DNA from: Octopus vulgaris
Taxonomy: Eukaryota
Assembly (NCBI GenBank): GCA_951406725.2
Contig: OX597815.1
Span: 20,770,001-20,834,000 of the forward strand
Direction of reading: 5' to 3'
DNA: 64,000 bases
Below are positions 14,081-27,506 of this stretch, in pieces. The position numbers and the translations under genes are program-made. Positions within the stretch are counted from its first letter, which is position 1; every line of letters starts with the position of its first letter. Under the pieces are notes generated by a model. The model ran no database searches. It was not told where the DNA came from and saw nothing but the letters and a program-made list of their open reading frames with translations.

Positions 14081-14491
14081 TTACTCTTTTACTCTTTTAC
14101 TTGTTTCAGTCATTTGACTGCGGCCATGCTGGAGCACCGCCTTTAGTCGAGCAAATCGACCCAGGGACTTATTCTTTGTAAGCCCAGTACTTATTCTATC
14201 GGTCTCTTTTGCCGAACCGCTAAGTGACGGGGACATAAACACACCAACATCGGTTGTCAAGCAATGCTAGGGGGACAAACATAAACACACAAACACACAC
14301 ACGCATATATATATATATACATATATACGACGGGCTTCTTTTCAGTTTCCGTCTACCAAATCCACTCACAAGGCATTGGTCGGCCCGAGGCTATAGCAGA
14401 AGACACTTGCCCAAGATGCCACGCAGTGGGACTGAACCCGGAACCATGTGGTTGGTAAACAAGCTACTTACCTCACATCCACTCCTGCGCC
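14081..14491 (-). mobile_element. tRNA-derived SINE, family B, full length
   Basis: Minus strand GGCGCAGGAGTGG...GGTTCCGGGTTCAGTCCCACTGCGTGGCATCTTGGGCAAGTG, internal TA/TG microsatellite, tail GGCGGTGCTCCAGCATGGCCGCAGTCAAATGACTGAAAC(AAGTAAAAGAGT). Confidence 0.92.
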
Positions 14492-14529
14492 TATTTGTTT
14501 ATTTCTTTGTAGAATTATTTAAGATATCC

Positions 14530-15240
14530 CAGACACACTGCTGTGATCATCTTCCCAATTTAAATCTCTTCTGAGAGAGAGGCTTATACTTTCGCTATAC
14601 TTATGCCTGGTTAGAGTCCCAATGTCTTGTCTATAGATTTTGGTTTCGTTTTGCTGTTGTTTGTGTTTGTCATGATTCACTAATATTTGTAATTGAATCC
14701 GTTGCATTTTTTAAGGTAAGTGTTTAAGCCAATTGTCGAGATTTTATAGTTTTATAGGCCTTCTCCTGCTGAGGAAAACGTTTCCGTCATTTGCATTTTT
14801 TCCCAGCAATATAAATGTAATGTACATCAGCTTTTGATTGATAAAATGTAAATTTGGTTAATTGTTTTCTTGTTTTTCTTTCATTTTGTCTGACTTTTCG
14901 ATCTCATGCAGTTTCCAATTTATTATATTGAAACTGCCGAGACTGCTAAGGTGTTCATTGCTTTTCTTTTTTTTATTTTCTTTTTAAATCTTATTTTCTG
15001 CTTTCAGTTTATTCTTTAGAATTATTCAGAACTGTCTGGTATATTAGTTTCGGATTAACTCTTTCAAACTACCATGCTCTGTTGGTATGAAAGTAATGTT
15101 ATACTTCATCTACCTTTAGTTCTTTTGTGAAATTTACTGGCTTGTGCGCATTGGTCCAGGTGCAATTACCAAAATTAAATCTATTAGTAAGAACTATTAA
15201 TGTCACAATTAGAAAAAAAATGGCTTTTCAAGTGCGTCTT
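14530..15240 (-). mobile_element. Very degenerate R4/Dong-like LINE remnant
   Basis: Weak peptide resemblance (QRIQLQI..RQDIG; RLE-like C-terminal pieces). Confidence 0.3.
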
Positions 15241-15414
15241 TAAAGTCCTAGAGAGTTTTGCATAATGTACGTAACAGAGATAGCATAGCTGTATTAGCTT
15301 TGTAGCTATTTCTATTGAAGTTAGATGAATAGAATAAAATCTTGAGTTAACAAAAGTGGGAGAAGAGAATATTACCCAATTCAGACTGGTTTACTATCTA
15401 GAATATTCTGTTTA

Positions 15415-15695
<281 letters not shown>

Positions 15696-16200
15696 TAATA
15701 ATAAGCTTACACAGACACAACAGAAACAACAAGACCATCACCATTACAGCCAAGCAAACAAATTAAACAACATCAGCACAAAACACTCAACTTCGTACTC
15801 ATCAGAAGGGACAACGAGGAACTGATGGCCCTCATAATAAAAACACGGAATTTGAAATAGGGAGGAGTGATATTCGAATCGAGCACATTTCGCGTACTGG
15901 AAAATTTATTTCTGGTGCGAATGTCGCTCGATTACTACACAAAAATTCGAGAGAGCTTTCCAGAGGACGTGGGAATCCCGAACATGAGATCCACGTCGAT
16001 GCTCTTAAAAGGGTTCCCCCCCAAAAGACCCCACCAATTATGGAAGTCGAACCACCCAACCTTCACAAGACAACTGGTAGTAAGTAAACCTTTCCTTTCT
16101 CACTTTAGCTTGCCAACATGAGTTAAGATTTTTAAATGTTCGGGACTTGGGGTCGCCTTGGAAGCAGGGACGCCTGCTCAACGACCTCAGGTTTCTAGAA

Positions 16201-16567
16201 TTACTCTTTACTCTCTTTTACTTGTTTCAGTCATTTGACTGCGGCCATGCTGGAGCGCCGCCTTTAGTCGAGGAAATCGACCCCCAGGACTCATTCATTG
16301 TAAGCCTACTACTTATTCTATCGGTCTCTTTTGACGTAAACACACCAACATCGGTTGTCAAGTGATGTTGGGGGGACAAACACAGAAACACACACACACA
16401 TATATATATATACGACGGGCTTCTTTCAGTTTCCGTCTACCAAATCCACTCACAAGGCTTTGGTCGGCCCGAGGCTATAGTAGAAGACAATTGCCCAAAG
16501 TGCCATGCAGTGGAACTGAACCCGGAACCATGTGGTTGGTAAGCAAGCTACTTACCACACAGCCACT
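16201..16567 (-). mobile_element. SINE family B inserted in the Tx1-like LINE
   Basis: Near-identical to 14081-14491 with internal deletions. Confidence 0.9.
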
Positions 16568-17075
16568 GTCACTGTGACCAAGATTTCCAATACACGTGCA
16601 CTAGCCCCCATGTTCGATGACTACCAGATCTTTGCATTTGTTAGTCGGCCGGGAATGGGAGGTGGAGTTGCAGTGCTTTTCGGAAAATAACTGGATCTCG
16701 AGGTAAAGTCGATCTTCCAGGAGCCGGACGGGAAGTTTCTGGTTCTGGACGTGAGCAATAGTGAAGGTAGTGTCTTTAGACTGGTGGCCATCTACACTCT
16801 TACCGGAGCCAAACGGTCGGATTTCTTTAGGTGCCTGGAGGCCTTTCTGGGCACGTCTCCCCTTTACTGTTAATAGGGAATCTTAGATCAACGTTGGGAT
16901 TGTGTGGGAGTAGCTGAAAGTAGAGTGGGGTTGCAATAACCTCAAGCACTTGATCAGCCAGTGCCAACTGTCTGACATGTACCGACGAGATTTCCCTAAT
17001 GGGCCAGTGTGGAGCTGGACCAATCGCTTAGGGTCATCTAAATCGTATATAGATAGGATTTTCATTAGGGGAATA

Positions 17076-18273
17076 TTAGGCTGTTTCACATGAAATGTCG
17101 CATTTTTAACTACTTCTTAATCCAGTCATTTAAAAACTCAATTATGTATACTTTGCATTTAATCTTGACTCTTTTGCTTTCCCAATAGTATTGGTATACA
17201 AAATTTGTACCCACAGACCTTATGAAAATGATAACACCCAAACTATGTTGAGTGATTTTCTCATATGAGTACAAACTGGCTCACTCCGCTGCAGAAGCTC
17301 TACGGAATATCAAGCGAGCCTTCGGTAATGGTTTTGTTGGCATCAGAACTGTTCAGAGATGGTTTCAAAACTCTCATTCAGATGATAGCTTTGAAAATAA
17401 ACCAAAGGGTAGACCAAAATCAGTTATTCGGCATGATGGATTAAATGCTTTTGTTGAACAAAATCCGAGAACAAAGGTTCGAAATCTTTCATCAGAACTC
17501 CAAACATCTCGCACAACTGTTTTTGGACACCCGTAAAAAAATTGGAAAAGACAAGAAAACGGATAGGTTTCTTCCACACCTCGAAGTGTGCTTCTTATTG
17601 CTCTCTCGACTGGAAAAAGATCATTTTTGCATCAAATCATTACTTGAGAAATGGATACTCTTTGACAACAGCAGGAGAACAGGGCAGTGATTAGATGCAG
17701 GAGAGTCACCAAAACGTTGCACTCTAAAAAGTTAATGGTCACTGTATGGTGGTCTGCGAAGGGAGTTATTCATTTTTCATTTTTGCAACAAGGGAAAATG
17801 GTAGCAGCAACATCTTATTGCCAAGAAATTGATTGTATGTATGAGAATTTGAAAAAGAAGCAACCCAGACTAGTGAATAGAGATGGCCCAATTTTGCTCC
17901 ACGCAATGCACGTCCTAACATGCCTCAATCTACGATCCAAAAGTTGCAAAGCCTGAATTATAAGATTTTGCAACATCCTCTCTATTCCACTGATATCTCT
18001 CCTACTGACCATCACTTATTTAAGGATTTTGAGCTTTTTATAAGCAATAAAACATTCTTAAATAGAGAAAAGGTAATTGAAGCATTCGAGCAGTTTATCA
18101 CAGCAAAAGATTACTTTTTTTTTTAAAGGTGGAATATACGACATAGAGAAACGTTGGGTAAATGTCATAAATGAACATGGATCATACTATGATTAAATAA
18201 ATCAATTCTCTAACTCTTCTGAAACATTTTATTGCTACCTTTCAAATACGACATTTCAAGTGAAACAACCTAA
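17076..18273 (+). mobile_element. Full-length mariner (DD34D-type) transposon with pseudogenised transposase
   Basis: TIRs TTAGGCTGTTTCACATGAAATGTCG / CGACATTTCAAGTGAAACAACCTAA, TA TSD; peptides RTVQRWF, GRP, EKWILFDN, KKLMVTVWW, HPLYSTDISPTDHHLF, with frameshifts. Confidence 0.93.
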
Positions 18274-18449
18274 TATATAGTAATAGTGTAGGATGTCCAC
18301 TTTTTAAAACAGTTCGCCTATTCAGACCATAAGTTTGTAATCTCTACGGTCGACCTAGACAAGTCGCGTAGGCTAGGACCCGGGTACTGGAAGCTGAACA
18401 TGTCGTTTCCGGCACGTAAAACTTTCAGGGAGTGGGTCAGCAATTTATT

Positions 18450-21110
18450 TTAGCTGGATAAACTAACTCCAGATTCATTCAAGTGCTTGATTTTTGTTTT
18501 GGAGCTTACTGCTACAAAAGACGCAGAAGTCAACGAAAATTCTCGCAAAGCTGAAAATGAACTTCGATATAACTCTCCAGAAACTGTCAAAAGAGTGCGA
18601 TATGATAATAAAAGTAAGGCACGACACAGAAGAAATCCAACGCAGAGATTGGTTACAGATAAAACCAGTGTTGAAGAGTCGGAAGACAGGTAAAGTGTTT
18701 CACAAAAAACAGGATATACAACAGGAGATAAACCCATTTATGGCATGCGGTGGTAGGCACCTGAGAAAAGAGTGTCCGTTCAAAAAAAAGCAAAGTGTTT
18801 TTGTTGTGGGAACACAGGATACATTAAATCGCACTGAAGAAATAAGATGACGAGAAATTGGACCAAACGAAAAAAAATAAATAGTTTGCCATCAGAGAAA
18901 AAGTTTGTACAACGAACAGAAAATTCATCAGTGTGAGAATCGAAAATGTTAGTGTCAGAATGCAATTAGACACGGGTTGTGACATCACTGTCATAAATGA
19001 AGACACGTGGCGACAAATCGGTGAGTTGGAATTACTTAAATCAAATAAAGTAGGATACAGTGTTACAGGAAAGAAATTATATTTCATCGTCCAATGTATT
19101 TGCAATGTAACTTTTCTTTTTCTTTATTGCCCATAAAGGGCCAACAACAGATGAGACATGTGGGGAGACATACCGATAAAAAAAAAGAAAAGCGTATTTT
19201 ATAATGAATGATCAGATGAAGATTAGAAATGGAATGAAGTTTCCTCAGCCCCACCTCTGAATTACCTCATTTTTACTTCTGTTCCTTTTTTCTTTTTGTA
19301 CCCGGAGCCTTCTAAAATACCAACACCGTGCTTCTTTAGTAAAAATGTGTAGCTCATGTTCCACGGCAATTTGTAAATGTCGTTGGACCAGGTCAATAAA
19401 AAACTAGAAAGACTAGAAAGTCTAACTATAACTGAAAAGGTCGACCACTCAGACTGAGCAGTTCCGACGGCTCATGTAAGGAAATAAATAAATAAATAAA
19501 TAAATGAATAGATAAATAAAATAAGAGTGGGCACGAACTTTTCAACTGGATTAAATTATTGTTTAGTCGAACAAGTTATCCATTCCCAAGCCCAGAAGAA
19601 GTATTCTCAAAACTAAATGGAGAAAAAGTTTTCTGGAAGTTAGACCTCTCGGAGGCGTATCTACAGATATAGATAGAAGATTGCAAACACATTTTAACAA
19701 TCAACACGCACCGTGGATTGTATAAATTCAAGCGGATTCCTTTTGGAGTAAAAGTGCCACCCGCTATATTCCAACAATGTTAAATGATTGCAATTTCGCT
19801 ATCGCTTATCTCGATGATATGTTGATAAAGAGTGAGTCCGTGGAGCAACACTTCGAACATATTAAAAAAGTATTCGGAAAAATAAATGAATACGGGTTTA
19901 GACTAACAGGAAAAGTGTGAAATTTCGATGAAAAAAAAAGCAAATATTTAGGACAAGTAATTGACGAAAGGGGACGAAGGCCAGATCTTTCAAAGGCGAC
20001 GATAATACGGAATATGCTTCTCCCAACGAACGTCAAATTGTTACAATTATTTTTAGGCTTGGTAAACAACTATCACGTATATATCCCAAACATACACAAC
20101 ACAAGGGCTCCACTAAATGAGTTGTTAAAAAAAGATGCAAAATGCTTTTGGTAAGAAAAATGCCCGAATGTATTTGGGAAACTAAAAATCATGTTACCTT
20201 CAGACTTGTCGCTTACACACTTCGATTCGAATTTGGAAACGATACTGGCAACAGATGCTAGTGAATGCGGGGTAGGTGCCGTATTCCTACACAAATGTGA
20301 AGACGGCAGCCAAAGGGCGATAGCTCACGCGCCAAAGACGCTATTGCCAGCGGAAAGAAATTATAGCCATATAGAAAAAGAGGCATTGGCGATTATATTT
20401 GGCATCAAAAAAGTTTCACAGGTTTATACATGGAAGACGGTTTAGACAACAAACAGACCATCGCCAGTTGCTAACGATTTATGGATCCAAGAAAGGAATC
20501 CCAATAATACAGCAAACAGGTTGCAGCAATGGAATATTTACCTTCGAAAAAGCTAGAACTTGCTGATGGCTTATCCAGGTTAATACCCAGAAATGGCGAA
20601 CCATTCGTGTACACAGAAATAGCAGCACTAAGATCCGAAGAGGAAATTAAACACATAATGTGGAACATTGCACAAGAGTTACCAATAACGCTGGAGGAGA
20701 TAAAGCGACACGCGTCAAAAGATAAGTCCAACAATGAAATAAAAAGAAAACTCTGTGCTTAACTAAAGAAAATAAAAATAAGTTCGGTAAGAAAAAACAG
20801 CAGCAGGTAAACATACATTCAACACGCGAAGGCGTACTAACGTATGGCCACAGGGTAGTGATACCAGAGACTAAAATTGAATGTTGAAAGAATTCCATGT
20901 TCCGGGGATCGCAAGGATGAAAGTGCTTATGTGCAGTTGTGTGTATTGGCCTAAGATGGACAAAGAAGTTGAAAACATAGTAAAAGGCTAGAGAGAATGT
21001 GCTCTGGCAGCAAAATTGCCTACTCAAAATTAGGAGCCTTGGCTAGAAGTAAAAAGTCCATGGTCAAGACTACATATCGATTTTGCGGGTCCGTCAAATG
21101 GTTATCACTT
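18450..21110 (+). mobile_element. Ty3/Gypsy LTR retrotransposon internal region (gag-PR-RT-RH-IN), decayed
   Basis: Zn-knuckle-like CGGRHLRKEC, protease QLDTGCDIT, RT KLDLSEAYLQI/TINTHRGLY/AYLDDMLI, RNase H TDASECGVGAV..NYSHIEKEALAI, integrase VYWPKMD..PWSRLHIDFAGP; many frameshifts and stops; no LTRs recognised. Confidence 0.92.
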
Positions 21111-23011
21111 GAAATAACTACCGAATCTCCTTCAAATTATACCCTCGCTTCATAAGAAGAAGACGGGCATGTGAGATGATATATTCCTGTACATCATAAG
21201 ATGGTATGGTCATAGCTGGATTGCTTTTGAGCATACGTCAGCTGGATCTGAGTTAACCTGATGCTAAACAGAACCACCAACATCAACAGTAAGCTAGCTG
21301 TGTAACTTCTTTGGCTAAACATAACTGCTGCTCCCACCATTACCTAAACCAATCTTACTTCTTTCCAAGCCAACCCAGTGTGCCAATCTCTTCTCAAACC
21401 TATCTGCTACATTCACCCCTGCTTGAAATTATTTGATGAACCTTGGTCTGCATAAGCCCACCTAGTTTATGCCCTACTTTTCATTCATCATCCTGACTGG
21501 GTCGTAGATCACAATCCCTACACTAAATACTTTGCGCCAATCCTATACATCCATGATTGCAGTTCTCAGGCAGTTAAAAGTTCCAACTGAGCATCAATCA
21601 AACTGACCTCACCAATTTATGAAGGTCGGAAAAGCCCGCCGAAAATACGTGCCCTTCTCTGAACAAATAAATAAATGCTTATAAATAAATGCTTATAAAC
21701 ATATTCAAAATGTATTTATTTTATGGTATAAATAGATATTTAGAAACATATTTCCTGTGACAGTCCATGGAAAATTGTGTCAAGAGCCGAGAGAGAGTTC
21801 AGTAATTTGTACCCTTCCCACTATAGCAAGGTGTTGCAGTGTATCACTATTCCATCTCTCATTATATCATTCCCATTATATTGTTCCTGAAATAATTTAT
21901 CTTATATTACACACCAGTAAATACATCAAGATTCATTGTTTAGAGATAAATATGGAAGCTCAGTAATAAGTGACGGCATTTCAAAACAACATTTCTCAGC
22001 AATCATCATTAGAAAGTCAATAAACCTTATAAAACAATATCTCTCATTGAAACTATATTATATCTGGGGTTATTGATTCAAGAATCCCTTTATTGAATAA
22101 CATGTAATTTAAGATATGTATACACTTAGTTCCAGGAATCCAGACTGCAGAATTACAGATAGTATTGCCATTTACATAAATCAGCAACTCATCAAATTAT
22201 TAATCCAGCTTTGCTTTGGATTATTAACGTATTTGGATGGCGGGTGACGGTATAATCGGTAGAGTGGCATGGAGCATTATTACGGTGCATATTATTTCTA
22301 CTGTTGCTGCTGTTGTTGTACCCGTTTAATCTCATATCAACCATGACAGAACAGACATATGATCAAAGGCGTTCCAGCCATGACCATCCTATTCTTTACT
22401 CGAGTATTACGTATACAGAACAATATTATCCAGTGTATATAATATTATTATTTCTTGTGTATATGTAGAACCACACTGTCCTGTGTATCCTCCTTTTTAA
22501 CGACAATAGGATGAAATTTGAATGAGATTAGGTTGCTAATCGAACGACCATGTCTTGAGTTATAGCCCAAAGGTCAGGTCCAGAGTTCAGGCCACGAGTT
22601 CTGGTCTAAATACTCACAAATGAAGAAAAGCCAGTAAAGGTTCATGTGGAATAAGTGATGGCGTTAAACTGGAAGACATATTAGGCCTACCCGAAAATTT
22701 AAAGATAAATTTAAGAAGCGAGCGGCGTGGTAGACCTACCACATAAAATGTGGGAGGCATATTGTCCTGCCACCTAAAGATAGTATAATGATAGCTACAG
22801 TCTTGTCTGATTATAATCTCATCGTAAAAGCCGATGGGATTTTCGGCGTCTGATGAACACAAGCACCAAAGTTTCGAAGTGACTGTCAACCTTTTGCTTG
22901 TAAGAGATTTATAAACATGTACTCTACGAAACGTGTAGAATAACCCTTCAGTTTTGCGTTAAATCTTTACATATAACTTAACGTAAAAACAAACATTGAT
23001 ATTTACATATA

Positions 23012-23048
<37 letters not shown>

Positions 23049-23183
23049 TTGTGTTCGACGTTTTTTTTGTGTCCTGTACTTATATATGCGTGTATATATA
23101 CATGTAGAGGTAGGTACGTACATATATATATATATGCATCTGTTTTATTTATTAATATATTATATACACATATATATATGCGT

Positions 23184-23220
<37 letters not shown>

Positions 23221-23225
23221 TGTAT

Positions 23226-23410
23226 GTATGTATGTATAAGTTTGTGTGTCTGTGTTTGTCCCCCCAACATTGCTTGACAACCGATGCTGGTGTGTTTACA
23301 TCCCCGTCACTTAGCGGTTCGGCAAGAGAGACCGATAGAATAAGTACTAGGCTTTGCTCGACTAAAGGCGGTGCTCCAGCATAGCCGCAGTCAAATGAAG
23401 GAAACAAATA
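23226..23410 (+). mobile_element. SINE family B, 3' half
   Basis: TTGTCCCCCAACATTGCTTGACAACCGATGCTGG...GGCGGTGCTCCAGCATAGCCGCAGTCAAATG. Confidence 0.85.
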
Positions 23411-23502
23411 AAAAAACAAAATGTGTGTGTGCATGCATATATGTGTTTATATATATATAAAATATATATGTATATATACCCACTCACGTATATTCATATA
23501 CG

Positions 23503-23534
<32 letters not shown>

Positions 23535-23829
23535 CATACATACATACATACATACATACATACATAACGTACGTACATGCGTACATACACACATCCTATA
23601 TATCTATGTACATGAATATGTCGTAAAGGTGAGATACATGTTTATGTATATACATGCGCATACATATATACTCGCGCACACATACACATACGAACATACA
23701 CACATATATCTATATACATACATACGCACACATATACACAGAAATACCGGCAGACACATACAAACATGCATAACAAAATAATATCAATATCAAGGAATGA
23801 AAATAAGCTAAAAGCAATTTCATAGGAAG

Positions 23830-24310
23830 TAGATGGAAAGCAAATGAAACAACGCGGAATGACAGAAAACGAGTGACAGAGAATGAGAGAGCGAGTGAGA
23901 GAGAGAGGAGATAAAGAGAGACAGAGTTACAGAAGGGGGAAGAAGGGAGGAGGGAGGAGGTATAAGGTGAGGGAAGAGACACGGAGTCGTCGCAGGAGAG
24001 AAGGTAAAATGATGCTGTCTGCTGTAGAGTAATAATGGAAAGAGAAAAGATAGAATAAATTGCAAATCTGATTTTGCGTGGCAGTAGAGGTTGATTAGGA
24101 AGTGAAAGTGAAAGTAGAGAAAGATACAGTAGAGAGTGTAGAGGCAAAGAGAAAATAGAAAAAGAGAGAACAGAGTATTGAAAGAATAATGAGAGAGTAA
24201 AGAGTGCAGGAGAGAAGAAACAGAGAAATCAGAGGGAGAATAGATAGAGAATGAGAGAGTGAGAGAGAGAGAGAGAGAAACTGAGAAGATAAAGAGATAA
24301 AATGAGACAA
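23830..24310. repeat. GA-rich low-complexity tract
   Basis: Purine-rich degenerate (GA)n. Confidence 0.8.
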
Positions 24311-24579
24311 TTTTAAAATGTTGTAGACAGTTACACACACATACATATACGCACACACGCATACACAAACGTATATACATACAAATCTATATATGTGTGT
24401 GTGTGAGTGTGTGTGTTTCTGTGTATGTGTATATCTATGTGTGTGTGTGTGTGTCTATATATGTATATATATGTTTGTTGCATCTATATATCTATATTAT
24501 ATACGTTTATGTATGTATATATATATACGTGTAAGTTATGTATGTCTGTATATATATACATATATATGTATATGTGTAC

Positions 24580-24643
<64 letters not shown>

Positions 24644-25966
24644 GTAAATATATACATATGCATACACACACACACACTTATACGCTGGTTGATGCAGATA
24701 AACAGATGTTGTGTAAAAAATATATGATTCCGTTAAAAATTCTCTATATCCGAAAAAAATAGTAAAAAAAAAAAACAGAATAAACTGAAAAAAAAAAGCA
24801 AAGAGAAGTCTTCACCCACCCTCAAAAACAAAAACAAAAAATTAAAAAAAAACCCAGAAAACCTCTCTCCACTAATGACTTTTTGATATTTATCAAGTTC
24901 CACTATGCAGATATCTAATCCATGCACACCACCTTCTACTTCAACGAAAGGCTCGTTTTAAAGAAACATTCTTTCATTTCTTCCTTTTCCTATTTCCCAT
25001 TGTTTTTTGTTCTGTTCTGTTGACGTTGTTGTTGCTCTTAATATTCCCGCTATTTTCTATTTTTCTTCGTTTATAAAACGACAGAGATTTCTTTACAAGT
25101 TGAAAATATTCCAATGCTTTGAGCATTGTGTATACGTTGTATATTGTTTCTCTGCAGCCTGTTTAAGGTATTTATTACTAACTATCGCTTACGTATGCAT
25201 GCATGCATGTATGTATGTATGTATGTATGTATGTATGTATGTATGTATGTATGTATGTATGTGTGATTGTATGTTTGTATGTATTTTAAACGCTCAGCTA
25301 GGTTATCGTCGGACTGCCGACGATACCTTAGCTAACCGAAACTTCGACGTGACTGTCAACAACATTCTTGTTTGAGGATAAATTTGTACTCTAGAAAATT
25401 ATAGAGTACCCCATGAGATTAATGTTAAATTATTTTTATTATAACTAAACATAAGGTGTGTGTGTGTGATAAAATATCTCTAGAGTGACAGAGAGATGAG
25501 TTGGGTGCAATTATCGTGGAAAAAACATTCTGTCTTTTGGTAAAAGGTGTAATTTTTTCTCCACGGTAAGTGCAGCGGATTTGCCTTTAGAAGTTAAAAT
25601 ATGTCACAAACATATTTTGACTAACATAAAGCTTGTTTATTACTCATCGCTGCTTGGCATTGATGCTGTTAATTTTAGTTCAACCTGGCAGTCCATGCCG
25701 GTCACTGATATTAATTATTTTTAGATAAGCCTACGGTGATCAATCTACCCAGGGTTATCTCTCTTTGGTATTTCCCATTGAGAAAAGCTCAAAAGCCGAA
25801 AACGCGTCTGGGAATCCGCTAGTGGGGAATCACTGAGCAGATATGGTGTTTTTACACCTTTTACCACGAGATAATTCTTATTCTCCGCAGTAACTGCAGT
25901 GAATTTGCCTTCTGAAGTCATATTATGTCCCAAACACATTTTAAGTAACTTAACGTTCGCATATAC

Positions 25967-26003
<37 letters not shown>

Positions 26004-26090
26004 ACCTAAATATACTTTGATATCAAAACATATATTTAAATATGTATGCATGTACATATACGTGTGTGTGCACGCGTATATGTATATATA

Positions 26091-26170
<80 letters not shown>

Positions 26171-26171
26171 C

Positions 26172-26221
<50 letters not shown>

Positions 26222-26385
26222 GTTATCGCCATACTAATATGGCATTCTTATAAAAATAAGAAAAAAGCTGTCCGCTTATTAGCTCCATGAGGCCATCGCC
26301 TTAAGTTAGCTATTTGATACACAAACTGTATCCATATAAACCTTCGAACAAGGGAGGTCAGTCGCTCCACACTACTTGACCGGCA

Positions 26386-26427
26386 GCTACAGACGCGTTT
26401 CGGGGTATTGCCCCTTTTCAATGCAGC
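26386..26427 (-). ncRNA. Type I hammerhead ribozyme, U3-A8 core variant (copy 1)
   Basis: GCTGCA-TTGAAAA-GGGG CAATA CCCC-GAAA-CGC-GTC-TGTAGC; stem I GCUGCA/UGUAGC, palindromic stem III ACGCGT, GUC cleavage triplet. Confidence 0.8.
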
Positions 26428-26747
26428 GTAGCCAGCCAGTAGGTGTCGCTTCCGACAATCTCTGTTCGATGGTTTTATTTACCTAGTTTCAGTGGAATAC
26501 ATCCACTTGTTTTCAATAATAGAAATATTAAAATAACTAAGTCTCTCTAAAAGAGAACAGCGGCAGCGTTCCCGGAAAATAATAGTTATCGCCATACTAA
26601 TATGGCATTCTTATAAAAATAAGAAAAAAGCTGTCCGCTTATTAGCTCCATGAGGCCATCGCCTTAAGTTAGCTATTTGATACACAAACTGTATCCATAT
26701 AACCTTCGAACAAGGGAGGTCAGTCGCTCCACACTACTTGACCGGCA

Positions 26748-26789
26748 GCTACAGACGCGTTTCGGGGTATTGCCCCTTTTCAATGCAGC
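26748..26789 (-). ncRNA. Type I hammerhead ribozyme, U3-A8 variant (copy 2)
   Basis: Identical core to copy 1, 362 nt away. Confidence 0.8.
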
Positions 26790-27109
26790 GTAGGCAGCCA
26801 GTAGGTGTCGCTTCCGACAATCTCTGTTCGATGGTTTTATTTACCTAGTTTTAGTGGAATACATCCACTTGTTTTCAATAATAGAAATATTAAAATAACT
26901 AAGTCTCTCTAAAAGAGAACAGCGGCAGCGTTCCCGGAAAATAATAGTTATCGCCATACTAATATGGCATTCTTATAAAAATAAGAAAAAAGCTGTCCGC
27001 TTATTAGCTCCATGAGGCCATCGCCTTAAGTTAGCTATTTGATACACAAACTGTATCCATATAACCTTCGAACAAGGGAGGTCAGTCGCTCCACACTACT
27101 TGACCGGCA

Positions 27110-27151
27110 GCTACAGACGCGTTTCAGGGTATTGCCCCTTTTCAATGCAGC
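27110..27151 (-). ncRNA. Type I hammerhead ribozyme, U3-A8 variant (copy 3)
   Basis: Same as copy 1 except stem II GGGG/CCCT (G-U at base). Confidence 0.75.
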
Positions 27152-27465
27152 GTAGCCAGCCAGTAGGTGTCGCTTCCGACAATCTCTGTTCGATGGTTTT
27201 ATTTACCTAGTTTCAGTGGAATACATCCACTTGTTTTCAATAATAGAAATATTAAAATAACTAAGTCTCTCTAAAGAGAACAGCGGCAGCGTTCCGGAAA
27301 ATATTATCGCCATACTAATATGGCATTCTTATAAAAATAAGAAAAAAGCTGTCCGCTTATTAGCTCCATGAGGCCATCGCCTTAAGTTAGCTATTTGATA
27401 CACAAACTGTATCCATATAACCTTCGAACAAGGGAGGTCAGTCGCTCCATACTACTTGACCGGCA

Positions 27466-27506
27466 GCTACAGACGCGTTTCGGGTATTGCCCCTTTTCAA
27501 TGCAGC
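27466..27506 (-). ncRNA. Type I hammerhead ribozyme, U3-A8 variant (copy 4)
   Basis: Same as copy 1 with one fewer C in stem II; the array ends 4 nt beyond stem I. Confidence 0.75.

Larger units (their letters stand above)
15860..18450 (+). mobile_element. Tx1/L1-like LINE remnant (AP endonuclease), interrupted by a SINE and a mariner
   Basis: LNVRDLG..., GGGVAVLF, FRLVAIY, WTNRLGSSKSYIDRIFIRG | mariner | YSDHKFV...GPGYWKLN; homologous to 45176-46980. Confidence 0.85.

Noticed and set aside
14420-14491. tRNA genes (also 9362, 31400-31462, 61028)
   Set aside because: tRNA-like A/B boxes are SINE heads continuing into SINE bodies; no full cloverleaf.
25310-25360. Hammerhead-like CCGACGA...CCGAAAC (related copy near 22850)
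   Set aside because: Stems I and II cannot be paired convincingly; at most a decayed repeat.
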